Both the position numbers and the translations under genes were made by a program. Of a stretch of 64,000 nucleotides of DNA, positions 1-9,419 are shown piece by piece. The notes under the pieces are model-generated. The model ran no database searches, was not told where the DNA came from, and saw nothing but the letters and a program-made list of their open reading frames with translations. Origin of the DNA: Bacteroidota bacterium (GTDB lineage Bacteria; Bacteroidota; Bacteroidia; Flavobacteriales; Flavobacteriaceae); contig JBDLIB010000001.1 in the NCBI GenBank assembly GCA_039715085.1, positions 691 through 64,690 of the forward strand. Direction: 5' to 3'. Every line of letters starts with the position of its first letter. Position 1 is the stretch's first letter.

Positions 1-1
1 A

Positions 2-334
2 GAAGATTTTAAATTAAAATGGAATGACAAGTACTCTTATGCTGTAGACTCATGGTACAAGAACTGGAATGAATTAACTGCATTTCTCGATTTTCCTGTT
101 CAAATTAGGCGGATTATTTACACAACAAACCTAATTGAAAACCTTAATGGAAAAATTAGAAAATACACTAAAAATAAGCTTTCATTCCCAACAGATGATG
201 CTGTGAAAAAATCAGTGTTTTTGGCTCTGGGTGAGGTGACTAAAAAATGGACTATGCCTATTAGAAATTGGGGAGTAATTTTAAACCAATTTATGACTAT
301 ATTTGAAAATAGGATTCAACCTATGAAAAATTGA
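2..334 (+). mobile_element. IS256-family (mutator-type) transposase, C-terminal ~110 aa; the gene runs off the left edge
   Basis: Frame-2 translation [59 protein letters not shown]... ends at TGA 332-334. The YTTNxIExxNxxxRK block is the conserved IS256 transposase C-terminus. Confidence 0.8.
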
Positions 335-390
335 TTTCTATGATTTTATGTTTACACACTTTACGGGATAGTGTCTGTTATATATAGTTT

Positions 391-1068
391 TTATTTCTTT
401 TTTTTCAATGGAGGCTTTCCAATTTCTTCAAGTTTCAAATTCAATTCTTCTCTTCTTCTTTCAAGTTTTAAAGGTTGTATGAATACAAAGTCAAATAACG
501 CTTCAATAACTTCAATTATCCACTCTGCTTCTCCTTTTTCTACTGCAACAATTTCTCCAGTATTAATGTTCTTTGTTGGATGAGCTGCCAAATTTCCAAT
601 ATTCCTTACAGCGTCTATAGCATCTGTCAAGTGTGATGGAACTCCGTCAAGTTCAATAAATGCCTGAATTTCTTGAGCAAGAGTCTTTTTTTTTATTTTA
701 AACTTGTCTCTTAAAAGACTTTGTAAAAGACGTCTACTTAATGCTGCGGAGGCTTTTGAACTAGCTGAAAGTACTTTAATTGCCTCTTCATAATCTTCTA
801 GATATATTTCAGGGATATCTTGTGAATTTTCGAAATTTGATTTTTTAGGATAAATTGTTTTTTCCCACTCAATGCGGTAAACACTATAATCATGTGTAAT
901 ATCATTATAGTCTAGGTCTCCATATTTTAGTATAACAACTAGTTTTGAACAATTTAAACAGTCCGAATATTGTAGTTGTTTTCCTTTTTTGTTTCCATTG
1001 CTATATTCAAATACTTTAGTTGTGTACCAGTCAAATTTCACGACTGTGGAACAATGTGGACAAATCAT
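391..1068 (-). CDS. Zn-ribbon plus DUF4145-like (HEPN-superfamily-like) protein
   Basis: N-terminal CPHC...CLNC zinc ribbon. The C-terminal block SAALSRRLLQSLL...IDAVRNIGNLAAHP is typical of DUF4145, a domain common next to restriction and abortive-infection genes. Confidence 0.55.
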   Translation of the reverse strand: MICPHCSTVVKFDWYTTKVFEYSNGNKKGKQLQYSDCLNCSKLVVILKYGDLDYNDITHDYSVYRIEWEKTIYPKKSNFENSQDIPEIYLEDYEEAIKVLSASSKASAALSRRLLQSLLRDKFKIKKKTLAQEIQAFIELDGVPSHLTDAIDAVRNIGNLAAHPTKNINTGEIVAVEKGEAEWIIEVIEALFDFVFIQPLKLERRREELNLKLEEIGKPPLKKKK

Positions 1069-1132
1069 AGAGTTTTTCTTTTTCAGTTAAATTATGAACG
1101 GTTTGGCTATGAGTAGTAGCGGTTTGAAACTA

Positions 1133-1570
1133 CTACGTTGTCTTATTTTCAGATACTTTCTTAGGAGCAATGACTTTATCTTTACCTCTATCCCCGCTAT
1201 TACTTATAGCTTTTATTAGCTGGCGTATTTCCTTATCTAAATCAGTTTCAATATTGGGTTCCTTAATATTTTTTCCTGACTCAATTTCCTTTGTTACGAC
1301 TTCTTTCACTTTCTTTGAAGTATTTTTTAAATTATACTCAGAGGCATTAAGGTCTTTGTATATCAAGCTTACTACGAGATACTTGTTTATAGTTTTATTC
1401 GTTCCATATTCTTCAATGTCTGCTGTAAGGATTGAAGTAGAATGATTTACATAAACATTGTTTTCTTCACTTAAGAAGTCATTAATTCTATCCTGTGTTT
1501 TTTTATCAAAATCAAATTTTGAATTTTCAGAAATTTTGATTTTAAATATTTCGAGCTTAGTTTGTGACAT
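1133..1570 (-). CDS. hypothetical protein, last gene of the OLD operon
   Basis: Open frame 1133..1594. The ATG at 1570 (MSQTKLEIF...) overlaps the OLD stop by 14 nt. No recognisable domain. The N-terminal half weakly resembles the 76-aa ORF at 3338..3568. Confidence 0.4.
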   Translation of the reverse strand: MSQTKLEIFKIKISENSKFDFDKKTQDRINDFLSEENNVYVNHSTSILTADIEEYGTNKTINKYLVVSLIYKDLNASEYNLKNTSKKVKEVVTKEIESGKNIKEPNIETDLDKEIRQLIKAISNSGDRGKDKVIAPKKVSENKTT

Positions 1571-3338
1571 GCTTTTCAATCTTTTTGTATGCAATAATAA
1601 TTTTATCTAATAATTTAAATGCACTTAATAATGCATGTTCTTTTTCCGAAGCTTCCATTTCATCAATAATATCCAAAACATTTCTAATAACGTCCTGCTT
1701 TGTAATACTATTTTCTTTTTTTCGTTCGTCACTTATAAATGAGAAGAAATGCTCTTCTAATACGTTAATTATTGGAAGTTTTATCGGTTCTTTGTATTCA
1801 AAGCTTGTGTAAGCATTGTCAAAAACACCAATGTCTTTAATTGAGTTGCAATAATCATTGAAAGCCTTAACATATATTTCCTGAGGGAACAAATCCTCAA
1901 ATGTTCGTTCTTCTTTGTCAGAGAAAACATCATTTATTTCGATTGAAGCCCATTTCTTGTTTTTAATAGCTTTTGTATATCCTTTTTTCTTCTTCTCCTT
2001 TATAGCTTCTTCATCACTATCAAAAATTGCAAGACCTGCTAAATCTAAATTATTATCACCTAAATAATTAAGTGTTTGTGAGATATTCGTTACTCCACCA
2101 GCATTGTATATATTTAACCATTCAAGCTTTTTATACTTTTCATTTTGAAAAAGTCTATGAAAAGCAAGTTTCTCAGTATTACCTTCCACAACAAGATTAA
2201 TATCACCTAACAAAAAACTATCATTTAATAGAATACCTAATTCCTTTCTTAAAACTTGATATTTATTCAAAAAAGGTTTGTGATTAATTTTTGTTCCATC
2301 TTTTGGCGATTTTGATACAAAAGTTAAAGCATCTACATTGTTTCTTATTGTTAAAAATGGATTGTGAGTTGTATATAATAGTTGTGAGTTTTCGGCAATT
2401 TCATTAAAAGAAATAAGCAAATCTTTTGAGCCATTTGGATGTAAGTTATTACCAGGTTCATCAAGCAATAGGATTGTCTTTCTATTTCCGTTTTTTGTCT
2501 TAGAGTATAATTTGTTTATTAGAAATGAAAAATAATATTTAAATCCAGGACTTCGTTCATCTATGGCAAAGCTTAGCTTTGTATTATCCCTTATAACCAA
2601 GCTCAACTTATTTCCTCTAATTGTCTGAATTCTTACATTGATGCTCTCATCTTGTTTATAGTGCTTTTTCAATATTTCATTAAATGTATCTTCTAACTTT
2701 GATAGGTAAGTAGAAATAAAATTATCATCATCTGTATCTAAGATAGATAAGTCATCGCAGCCTGAGATATATAATAGCCTCCTAAAGGTTTCATATTTCT
2801 TGTCATTGCTTAATAATTGTTCTACTGTAGCAGGTTCCAACAACAATTCTTCATTTTCAAAATACTCTATGTTCGGATAAATATTTTCATAAAAGTCATT
2901 CCAAAATGTAGCTTTATTTTCAACTTGCTCACTTAAATTTACCGAGTAACTCACTTTATCAGTTAGCACAAGAGACATGTTTGAAATCCCATTTCCCCAC
3001 CTTTTGAGTTGAATATATGAATTTTCAGAATTTTCAGGCAAGGCTTTTATTAAATCTATTTCATCTGATAATATTTCAATAAGCTTTGCATAAGACTCTT
3101 TTGAAACACTAAACAAACCAATCAGAACCGGAAGACCTTTGGGGTAAGATTTTGAGCTTTTATTTAAATTTTTATGAGATAGTTCATAATTTAAAAAATT
3201 CAGATGACTTATAGCCTGAATTATGCTAGATTTTCCGCATTCATTTTTACCAACAAAACAGAGTTGCCCTCCGTTTAAAATAATCTTTTCCTTCTTTACG
3301 GATTTAAAGTCATGTATTTCAGCTTCTAGTAATTTCAT
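1557..3338 (-). CDS. OLD-family ATP-dependent endonuclease (ABC-type ATPase plus TOPRIM)
   Basis: Walker A GKNECGKSS, Walker B LLLDEPGNNLHP, TOPRIM Glu in NLVVEGNTEKLAF and DxD in IFDSDEE. Length 593 aa. Confidence 0.8.
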   Translation of the reverse strand: MKLLEAEIHDFKSVKKEKIILNGGQLCFVGKNECGKSSIIQAISHLNFLNYELSHKNLNKSSKSYPKGLPVLIGLFSVSKESYAKLIEILSDEIDLIKALPENSENSYIQLKRWGNGISNMSLVLTDKVSYSVNLSEQVENKATFWNDFYENIYPNIEYFENEELLLEPATVEQLLSNDKKYETFRRLLYISGCDDLSILDTDDDNFISTYLSKLEDTFNEILKKHYKQDESINVRIQTIRGNKLSLVIRDNTKLSFAIDERSPGFKYYFSFLINKLYSKTKNGNRKTILLLDEPGNNLHPNGSKDLLISFNEIAENSQLLYTTHNPFLTIRNNVDALTFVSKSPKDGTKINHKPFLNKYQVLRKELGILLNDSFLLGDINLVVEGNTEKLAFHRLFQNEKYKKLEWLNIYNAGGVTNISQTLNYLGDNNLDLAGLAIFDSDEEAIKEKKKKGYTKAIKNKKWASIEINDVFSDKEERTFEDLFPQEIYVKAFNDYCNSIKDIGVFDNAYTSFEYKEPIKLPIINVLEEHFFSFISDERKKENSITKQDVIRNVLDIIDEMEASEKEHALLSAFKLLDKIIIAYKKIEKHVTN

Positions 3339-3568
3339 TATTTTTTCGGATAATAGGTTAATTGAATTACTACCATAACATTGTTAATATGGTTATTTGA
3401 AGGATTACCAGAAATAATCTTAATATCTTCACTATCTATCTTTCCTATTAAAGATTTATTTTCTGCAAGAAAATCATCTCTCTTTACCTTGGCATCATCA
3501 ACACAAGTTTTTAGACCAGCTGCATTAAAAGTACCATTAATACTTGTAAAATATTCTGTTTTTTTCAT
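3338..3568 (-). CDS. small hypothetical protein translationally coupled to the OLD gene
   Basis: Its TAA stop overlaps the OLD ATG by 1 nt (TAATG). 76 aa, no known domain. Confidence 0.4.
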   Translation of the reverse strand: MKKTEYFTSINGTFNAAGLKTCVDDAKVKRDDFLAENKSLIGKIDSEDIKIISGNPSNNHINNVMVVIQLTYYPKK

Positions 3569-3634
3569 TATATATCTTTTATTATTCGATTTTTATGTTT
3601 GCTCATATGTTCGTTAAGTTATGCCAGCTAACTT

Positions 3635-3857
3635 GTTTATATGCATAATCCTGTTGTTATTTACAACCATTATTTTGAGTCTGCAAACAGCAGGTTGGGT
3701 TATTTTTAATAAAGTATGGTATAATTGATTTATTTTATCAAATATCAACAATATAAATTATTTAAACGGCATCATTGATCACACTTTTATGTGTTATATG
3801 TTTATGTTGGCAATTTATAGCATATATTTTGAGTTGGGGTGGGGGTTATCCTTTATG
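3635..3857. repeat. junction element A, copy 1 (~225 bp)
   Basis: Direct repeat of 8908..9150, roughly 75-80% identical by eye. Includes an identical 31-mer TTGATTTATTTTATCAAATATCAACAATATA (3725-3755) and GTTGGCAAT (3806-3814). Lies 67 nt upstream of the minus-strand OLD operon. Confidence 0.85.
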
Positions 3858-4107
3858 TTTTGATGGGGAAATCTTACTTTTGATGGGCTAAGCCACTGTA
3901 AATTTTAACTTTTGTTATGTGCTAAATTGCTTTTATTCCATCTTCCAAAGTTTTTCTCTTGTTTCTTTGTCAATTGATGTTTTTTATGTGCCAACTTTTG
4001 GTTTATAATTGACCTTTATATTAATATTCTTTTGTTTAAGTACTAAAACCGCAATATTTCATAGGGCAAGTTGTTGTACAGCGTCTTTCTTTGTCTTGTT
4101 TTATAAA

Positions 4108-5199
4108 TTATTCCTTACTATCATTAATTTTAGGGTTTTCAGGTTTAAAATTACCTAGCTGACCTTTATAATTATCAATAAAAGAAAAGTCGGGGATTCT
4201 CGCCTTTGGAAATGTTAGAAATGATAAATCAGGGACTTTTACAGGTGGAGTAATATGTTTTATAGTCGGAAATGTAATATTGTCCAATGCAGGATTGATA
4301 ACAGTATTGAATATTTTTTCACTATTTGGAATTAGGTTATGATTTATTTTGGGAGGAGCAATAATCTTATCAAGCTGGCGATTAAATATAGAATTTTCGT
4401 TGGGCTCTAGTTCTAAACCATTAACTTTTTCCTTTAATTGTGAGATAATTTTCGTTTTTTCTTCTACCTGTTCCCTATTTCTTCTTTCAATTTCTGCTAA
4501 TTCTTTATTTAGAAACTGTACATAAGACCCCATTTCATCGGCACTTCCAGATAACCTGTTAAACATTACAAGAAATTGATTTAATAACCCATTATCAAGG
4601 TTGTTTGGATATCTTACTTTATGATCTATTTCACTCCATGCTTCCTCAAATATTGTTCTCACTTGAATTTCTGCTACATATTCAGTTTTATCTGGTTTAG
4701 TGGAAATAAGATAATGAACTGACCTGTATCCAAACTGATGCTCTTTGACATCGCAATCTAACTTTTCAAATCCTTCAATGTATTCAACAGGATCTCCTTT
4801 TCGATAATAGGCAGTTTGTTTTTCTTTAAGCACCCATTTGTTAATTATATATTCGTGAATAGGGAACCAATCTTCTTTAAATAGATGAAGAATTCTTATT
4901 CCTATTAAATCCGTGATTTCGGTTTTATAATTAGTAACATCAATAACCCTTTCTGGCGAATTGATTCTTTTCCTAATTATCTTAGTCACTAAATGATCGG
5001 GGTTTTTAATCCTATATCTAACAGAGTGAACTTTTTTAATGTTGAACAATGATTCAACTAGGTATCTAGCAGGCCCCTCCAGATCTTTTAGATGACTAAC
5101 ATAATCATCTCTAATTAGCATTAATTCCTCCCATGTTAATCCCGTAGAGGTGAATTGTTCTTCATCTATTTTGTATTCGGATAGAAATTCTTTTATCAT
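4108..5199 (-). CDS. RelA/SpoT-domain protein (small alarmone-synthetase / toxSAS-like) with a C-terminal extension
   Basis: Synthetase motifs DLIGIRILHLF, GYRSVHYLI and EIQVRTIFEEAWSEIDHKVRYP. No HD, TGS or ACT domains. The track start at 5208 is TTG; the first ATG is at 5199. Confidence 0.85.
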   Translation of the reverse strand: MIKEFLSEYKIDEEQFTSTGLTWEELMLIRDDYVSHLKDLEGPARYLVESLFNIKKVHSVRYRIKNPDHLVTKIIRKRINSPERVIDVTNYKTEITDLIGIRILHLFKEDWFPIHEYIINKWVLKEKQTAYYRKGDPVEYIEGFEKLDCDVKEHQFGYRSVHYLISTKPDKTEYVAEIQVRTIFEEAWSEIDHKVRYPNNLDNGLLNQFLVMFNRLSGSADEMGSYVQFLNKELAEIERRNREQVEEKTKIISQLKEKVNGLELEPNENSIFNRQLDKIIAPPKINHNLIPNSEKIFNTVINPALDNITFPTIKHITPPVKVPDLSFLTFPKARIPDFSFIDNYKGQLGNFKPENPKINDSKE

Positions 5200-5404
5200 T
5201 GTCTTCAAATTTTATTAATAGTTGCTACAAAATCATTTTATGAGGTACTGTTTTTATACTGCCCAACGTTGAATATAAGAATAGTAGACGACAGTGTGGC
5301 ACTTTTACTATCAAGTTAAAAAAGTTGAAGTTGGCTACAATCCTTTAATTTACTACTATTCTGGCTAGTGCTTTTCATAGGACACATTGTTACCATTTGT
5401 TATT

Positions 5405-7969
5405 TTATAATATTCTAAATATTTCGTCATATTCAAGTGTGTCATTTCTAAACTCTGACAGAATTAAATTTTTATTTACACTTTTTAATTTTCCATCTTC
5501 TATGTTAAGAGCTAGCCTACATTTACGATAAATTGCTAATGAAGTATGTCTTGATAGGCCGATGTTTTGAAGTGCAATAGCTATTCTATTTTGAGTGCCA
5601 TATTCAAGTAATGAAGCCCAATTTTCTCCCGCTAAATCCTCTCCTAAAATATTTGCAATTACTTGATAGTAATGGTTGAAATATTTTTCAAAAAGAAAAC
5701 GTAAAACGTACTCTATATTATCAATTATGTTTTCTATGACAATATTGATATGCTTTTTATTGCCTTTTTCGAAAGGAGCATATTCGTTAAAGTCTACTAA
5801 AATTTGGATATTATTGTTCTCATGATATTCAATTGATTGCTTTATAATTTGACTTAGACTTATGCCATTTATCCATTGGTTCATAAGGAGAGCATAATAT
5901 GAAAAACTATTTCTGTTTTTCAGTTTCTTTTCTGCATTTTCCCATTCATATATATTGAACATAGTTTCCAATACATCTAGGCAAGTATTATAATTTATTG
6001 ATGAGCTATTTGGTAATGTTATGCTTTTTCCTTCTTTATGTTGTTTTGATAATTCTAAAAATACTTTGTTTTGAATTTTAAGATTTATGGATTGGTTTGA
6101 GTTCAATATGTAGGAAGGAATTGTAAAGTCCTTTACCTTACTTTTCGCAAGTTCAATAATCTTTTCCTTTTTTTTCTCTATTAACTTTTCGATTAAAGGG
6201 CTTTTGTAATTTGATTCTATTTCTAATGTATCGACACTTATGATATTTGCAATATATCTTAAAATTGCTTTTTCTTCCTCCGTTCCTGAAATGTCTTGCT
6301 CGTTCAGTAATTTTTCGATTCGTTGTAAGTTCCTATCGACTTTAGTTATAACTGTTGGTGTTAATGTGATCTCTGATTTATTTAATACTTCTTTATTGTC
6401 CCAAACACAGTTTTCGTGTTGGATGCAAAAAATATTTCCATATAGCTCTCTTGATAAACGACCTGCTCTACCCGATAAATTCCAAAAATCAATTGGAAGT
6501 AATTTTTTTAAACCGTTTTTATTATTTAAAATAAAGATGTTCTGAGTTGGCATATTAACACCCTCCAGCAGTGTAGAAGTACAAAAAACATTTCTTATTT
6601 CTTCATTTTTATATAAATCTTCAACAAGATTTCTAATTAATTGAGGAAGTTTTCCATAATGAAAAGCAACTTTATGCTCTAATAAATTAGCCAAATAGTA
6701 ATCTGGATGTATGTAATCTTTAATTTGTTTTATTGCTTTTCTCAAAGTTTCATTCACTTCAATCCCTGTAACCGTTTTTGAGAATTCATTAGCTTCATAA
6801 ATGGTCTTAGACTTACTATTACAGTAAATTAAATTGTTTTTATTTTTACCTAAATGTTGAATAAGTGTAGTTGTAGAATTTGCTACTTGAAATAAATGTG
6901 AATTTTCAATTGTTACAATATTATCTCCTTGTATTAATTCAATATTTTGACTTAATAAATCAATAAAGAACAAATTTTGGGAAACAGGAGATTCGTTTGT
7001 TTTGAATGTACTATTGGGTTTGTTCCTATCAAATAACTTTAGAAAAACCTCTGGATTGGATACGTTTGGTGAGGAAAAATACAGCTTTATATTACCATAT
7101 CTTTTTATAGTTTTTTCTATTGCAGTATATGTTGTTACACTTCTCGAATCCTTTTCATTGGCTAATTTGTGGGCTTCATCTAGAAAGACAAACCCAATTG
7201 GTGGATTATTTTCTTGGGATAAATAACTAATAAGTCTTTCGGGTGTTAAAACTAAAATATAGTTATGAGGTTGTTCGCCAATGAAATCATTAACATTTGA
7301 ATTTGTTAAAATACGATACTTGTATTGTTCTGATAATTCTCTGATTTCATCTTTTAAATCAAGTGTGAATTGGTTTATCAAAGCCCTAGTTGGAACCAAT
7401 ATGACCAAGTTTTCTGGAGGGCTATTTCTCATAACTTTTTTTATAAAAGCTTTAATAATAAATGATTTACCCATTGATGTTGGACCAGAAAAACTATATT
7501 CAAGTGTATTGCTTAATTGAGTGTATAACTCAAATTGTGAATCTGTGAAAACGGAACCACTAGAATCGGGAACTTTTTGAATGATTTTTTTTGCTTCAAC
7601 TTCTAGACTTCTAAAAAGAGGTAAAGTTGCAAAATTTTCGTTGTAATTAATTAAATAATTAATAGCGGGAAAATTCCCCAATTTTGAATAGATAGCTTTT
7701 GAAAAGGTTCTATAAATTTCATCATTCTGATATTGATGGTTTAGATATGTTATTATTTGATATGCTTTGTTCCTTGCTTCCGAACTTTTTGAATTGGATA
7801 AGATATCAGAGAATCTTAAAGCATCTTTAAACTCTTTATCTGTCAAAATAATTTCTGATAGTTCAGTTTTGAGGTTATACCCCGCTGATATTAAAGAACA
7901 TTTATTGAATATTAAATTAAAATATTCATTATGCAATACATCCGTTGTTAACTTTTCTATTATAGTCAT
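5405..7969 (-). CDS. hamB: Hachiman HamB, SF2 DExH helicase
   Basis: Motif I GPTSMGKSF, motif II FLDEAHKL, 854 aa. Lies immediately downstream (8-nt gap) of a DUF1837-like gene. Confidence 0.8.
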   Translation of the reverse strand: MTIIEKLTTDVLHNEYFNLIFNKCSLISAGYNLKTELSEIILTDKEFKDALRFSDILSNSKSSEARNKAYQIITYLNHQYQNDEIYRTFSKAIYSKLGNFPAINYLINYNENFATLPLFRSLEVEAKKIIQKVPDSSGSVFTDSQFELYTQLSNTLEYSFSGPTSMGKSFIIKAFIKKVMRNSPPENLVILVPTRALINQFTLDLKDEIRELSEQYKYRILTNSNVNDFIGEQPHNYILVLTPERLISYLSQENNPPIGFVFLDEAHKLANEKDSRSVTTYTAIEKTIKRYGNIKLYFSSPNVSNPEVFLKLFDRNKPNSTFKTNESPVSQNLFFIDLLSQNIELIQGDNIVTIENSHLFQVANSTTTLIQHLGKNKNNLIYCNSKSKTIYEANEFSKTVTGIEVNETLRKAIKQIKDYIHPDYYLANLLEHKVAFHYGKLPQLIRNLVEDLYKNEEIRNVFCTSTLLEGVNMPTQNIFILNNKNGLKKLLPIDFWNLSGRAGRLSRELYGNIFCIQHENCVWDNKEVLNKSEITLTPTVITKVDRNLQRIEKLLNEQDISGTEEEKAILRYIANIISVDTLEIESNYKSPLIEKLIEKKKEKIIELAKSKVKDFTIPSYILNSNQSINLKIQNKVFLELSKQHKEGKSITLPNSSSINYNTCLDVLETMFNIYEWENAEKKLKNRNSFSYYALLMNQWINGISLSQIIKQSIEYHENNNIQILVDFNEYAPFEKGNKKHINIVIENIIDNIEYVLRFLFEKYFNHYYQVIANILGEDLAGENWASLLEYGTQNRIAIALQNIGLSRHTSLAIYRKCRLALNIEDGKLKSVNKNLILSEFRNDTLEYDEIFRIL

Positions 7970-7976
7970 ATATTAT

Positions 7977-8864
7977 TTAAGTTAACTCTTGAATAATTTC
8001 TTTCCTCTTCTCTGCTAAATTTGAAAAAGGAATAATATAGATATGGAAATTATAACCTGTAAATTCTGACTTGTTGATTTGGAAATTTATTGAATCAACC
8101 ATGCTCTCAACTTCCTCTTTAATTTTCTGTCTAATATGAGTTCTAAATTCACTATTCGATTTATTACTTTCTTCTTCACTTATTTCAACATCATAGCCGA
8201 GAAAGATGCCAAAAGAATAATCTGTATTTATTTCACTTTCTCTAGCATTTGGTATAATTACTTTTTTTAGAAATTTATATAATTCAGGATTAGCTGTTTC
8301 CTTAATTAATTGACTATTGATTAAACTAATTTCAAATTCAATTTTATTTTCACTTAATAGCTTTGATAGAGAACCAAATGCCTCATATATACCTGTTTGT
8401 AAGCTTGAATTTAGTTTTGATTCTCCAAATATTAATTGATAATCGGTTTCTGATATTTTCAATAAGTGTACTCCATCTGCTCCTTTTACATAATCATTTT
8501 TTGCTGTTTTAATTTCTAGTTTTGTTAGGATTTTTGGAGCATTTAAGTGTGACTCTAAAAAGCAGTAAAGCAAAATTTCACCTAACTCTCCTTCATTTGA
8601 AGAGTATCTTCTAAGCTTATCTTGTGCTTTAGATACTAATGTTGCATATTCCTGTGCACCAATTAGTTGTTGAACCTCTGTTCTAGATAATGCAAAATGA
8701 TAGAGTTGATTTGATAAGAGTTTTACAAGTTCATCATAAGCAAATGCATTATTTTTCACTTTTAAAATAAAGACATTAACCTTATTTGCCTTGGCTAATT
8801 CTAAATTTTCTATATCGTTATAAAATAAATCTAAAAAAGTTTTTTTTACGTTAGTTTCTATCAT
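7977..8864 (-). CDS. hamA: Hachiman HamA (DUF1837-like, PD-(D/E)xK-type)
   Basis: GELGEILLYCFLESHL...GADGVHLL...LIFGESKL pattern, 295 aa, paired with the helicase. Confidence 0.75.
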   Translation of the reverse strand: MIETNVKKTFLDLFYNDIENLELAKANKVNVFILKVKNNAFAYDELVKLLSNQLYHFALSRTEVQQLIGAQEYATLVSKAQDKLRRYSSNEGELGEILLYCFLESHLNAPKILTKLEIKTAKNDYVKGADGVHLLKISETDYQLIFGESKLNSSLQTGIYEAFGSLSKLLSENKIEFEISLINSQLIKETANPELYKFLKKVIIPNARESEINTDYSFGIFLGYDVEISEEESNKSNSEFRTHIRQKIKEEVESMVDSINFQINKSEFTGYNFHIYIIPFSNLAEKRKEIIQELT

Positions 8865-8907
8865 AAACTGTGAGGGGTCTTTAGGTTTTTTTAAAGAATG
8901 GTGACTC

Positions 8908-9150
8908 GTTTATATGCGTAATACTGTTGTTGTTTACAGCGATTATAAATCTGTAAACAAGCAGTTTGGGTTATTTAATTAAGGTAGGGTAGAGTTGATT
9001 TATTTTATCAAATATCAACAATATATCTTATATAATTGGCAACATATATCACTTTTTTGTTTGATACGTGTTTATGTTGGCAATGTATAGTATATGTTTT
9101 AGTTTGAGGTGAGGGTTATCCCTATAAAAAGTAAGGGATATCCTTTATTT
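8908..9150. repeat. junction element A, copy 2
   Basis: Homologous to 3635..3857. Same 31-mer at 8995-9025 and GTTGGCAAT at 9076-9084. Ends in the hairpin TATCCCT(9117-9123)/AGGGATA(9134-9140) followed by a T-rich run. Lies 44 nt upstream of hamA. Confidence 0.85.
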
Positions 9151-9260
9151 GGTGTTAGTACGTTTAGCTACTTTTGGAGGGAAATGCAAATTGCAAGTAA
9201 CTTGATTAATTTAAAAAGAAAAAGAAAGAACATATGACTTTGTTTTGGCATCTATTTCGT

Positions 9261-9390
9261 TCAATTTACACCAGACTAGACGCATTTTTAGGAAATTTTA
9301 AATGTTTTCTCTTTTTGGAATTGCAAACGAATAAAATTCCTATTTTTAACATAAAATAGACGGGGTTATTACACGAACTCCCGTTGGCAG
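9261..9390 (+). repeat. junction element B, copy 1 (~130 bp), ends GTTGGCAG
   Basis: Direct repeat of 11133..11264, roughly 85% identical by eye. Terminal hairpin ACGGGG-N13-TCCCGT runs into GTTGGCAG (9383-9390), 30 nt before the ATG at 9420. Confidence 0.85.
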
Positions 9391-9419
9391 CAACCGAAAA
9401 TACATAAAGATAAAATACA

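Noticed and set aside
4108-8864. A three-gene Hachiman variant including the RelA/SpoT-domain gene
   Set aside because: hamA and hamB are 8 nt apart. The RelA/SpoT gene lies about 200 nt downstream of hamB, behind a spacer with site-like motifs. Adjacency in a defence island is not enough to link them.
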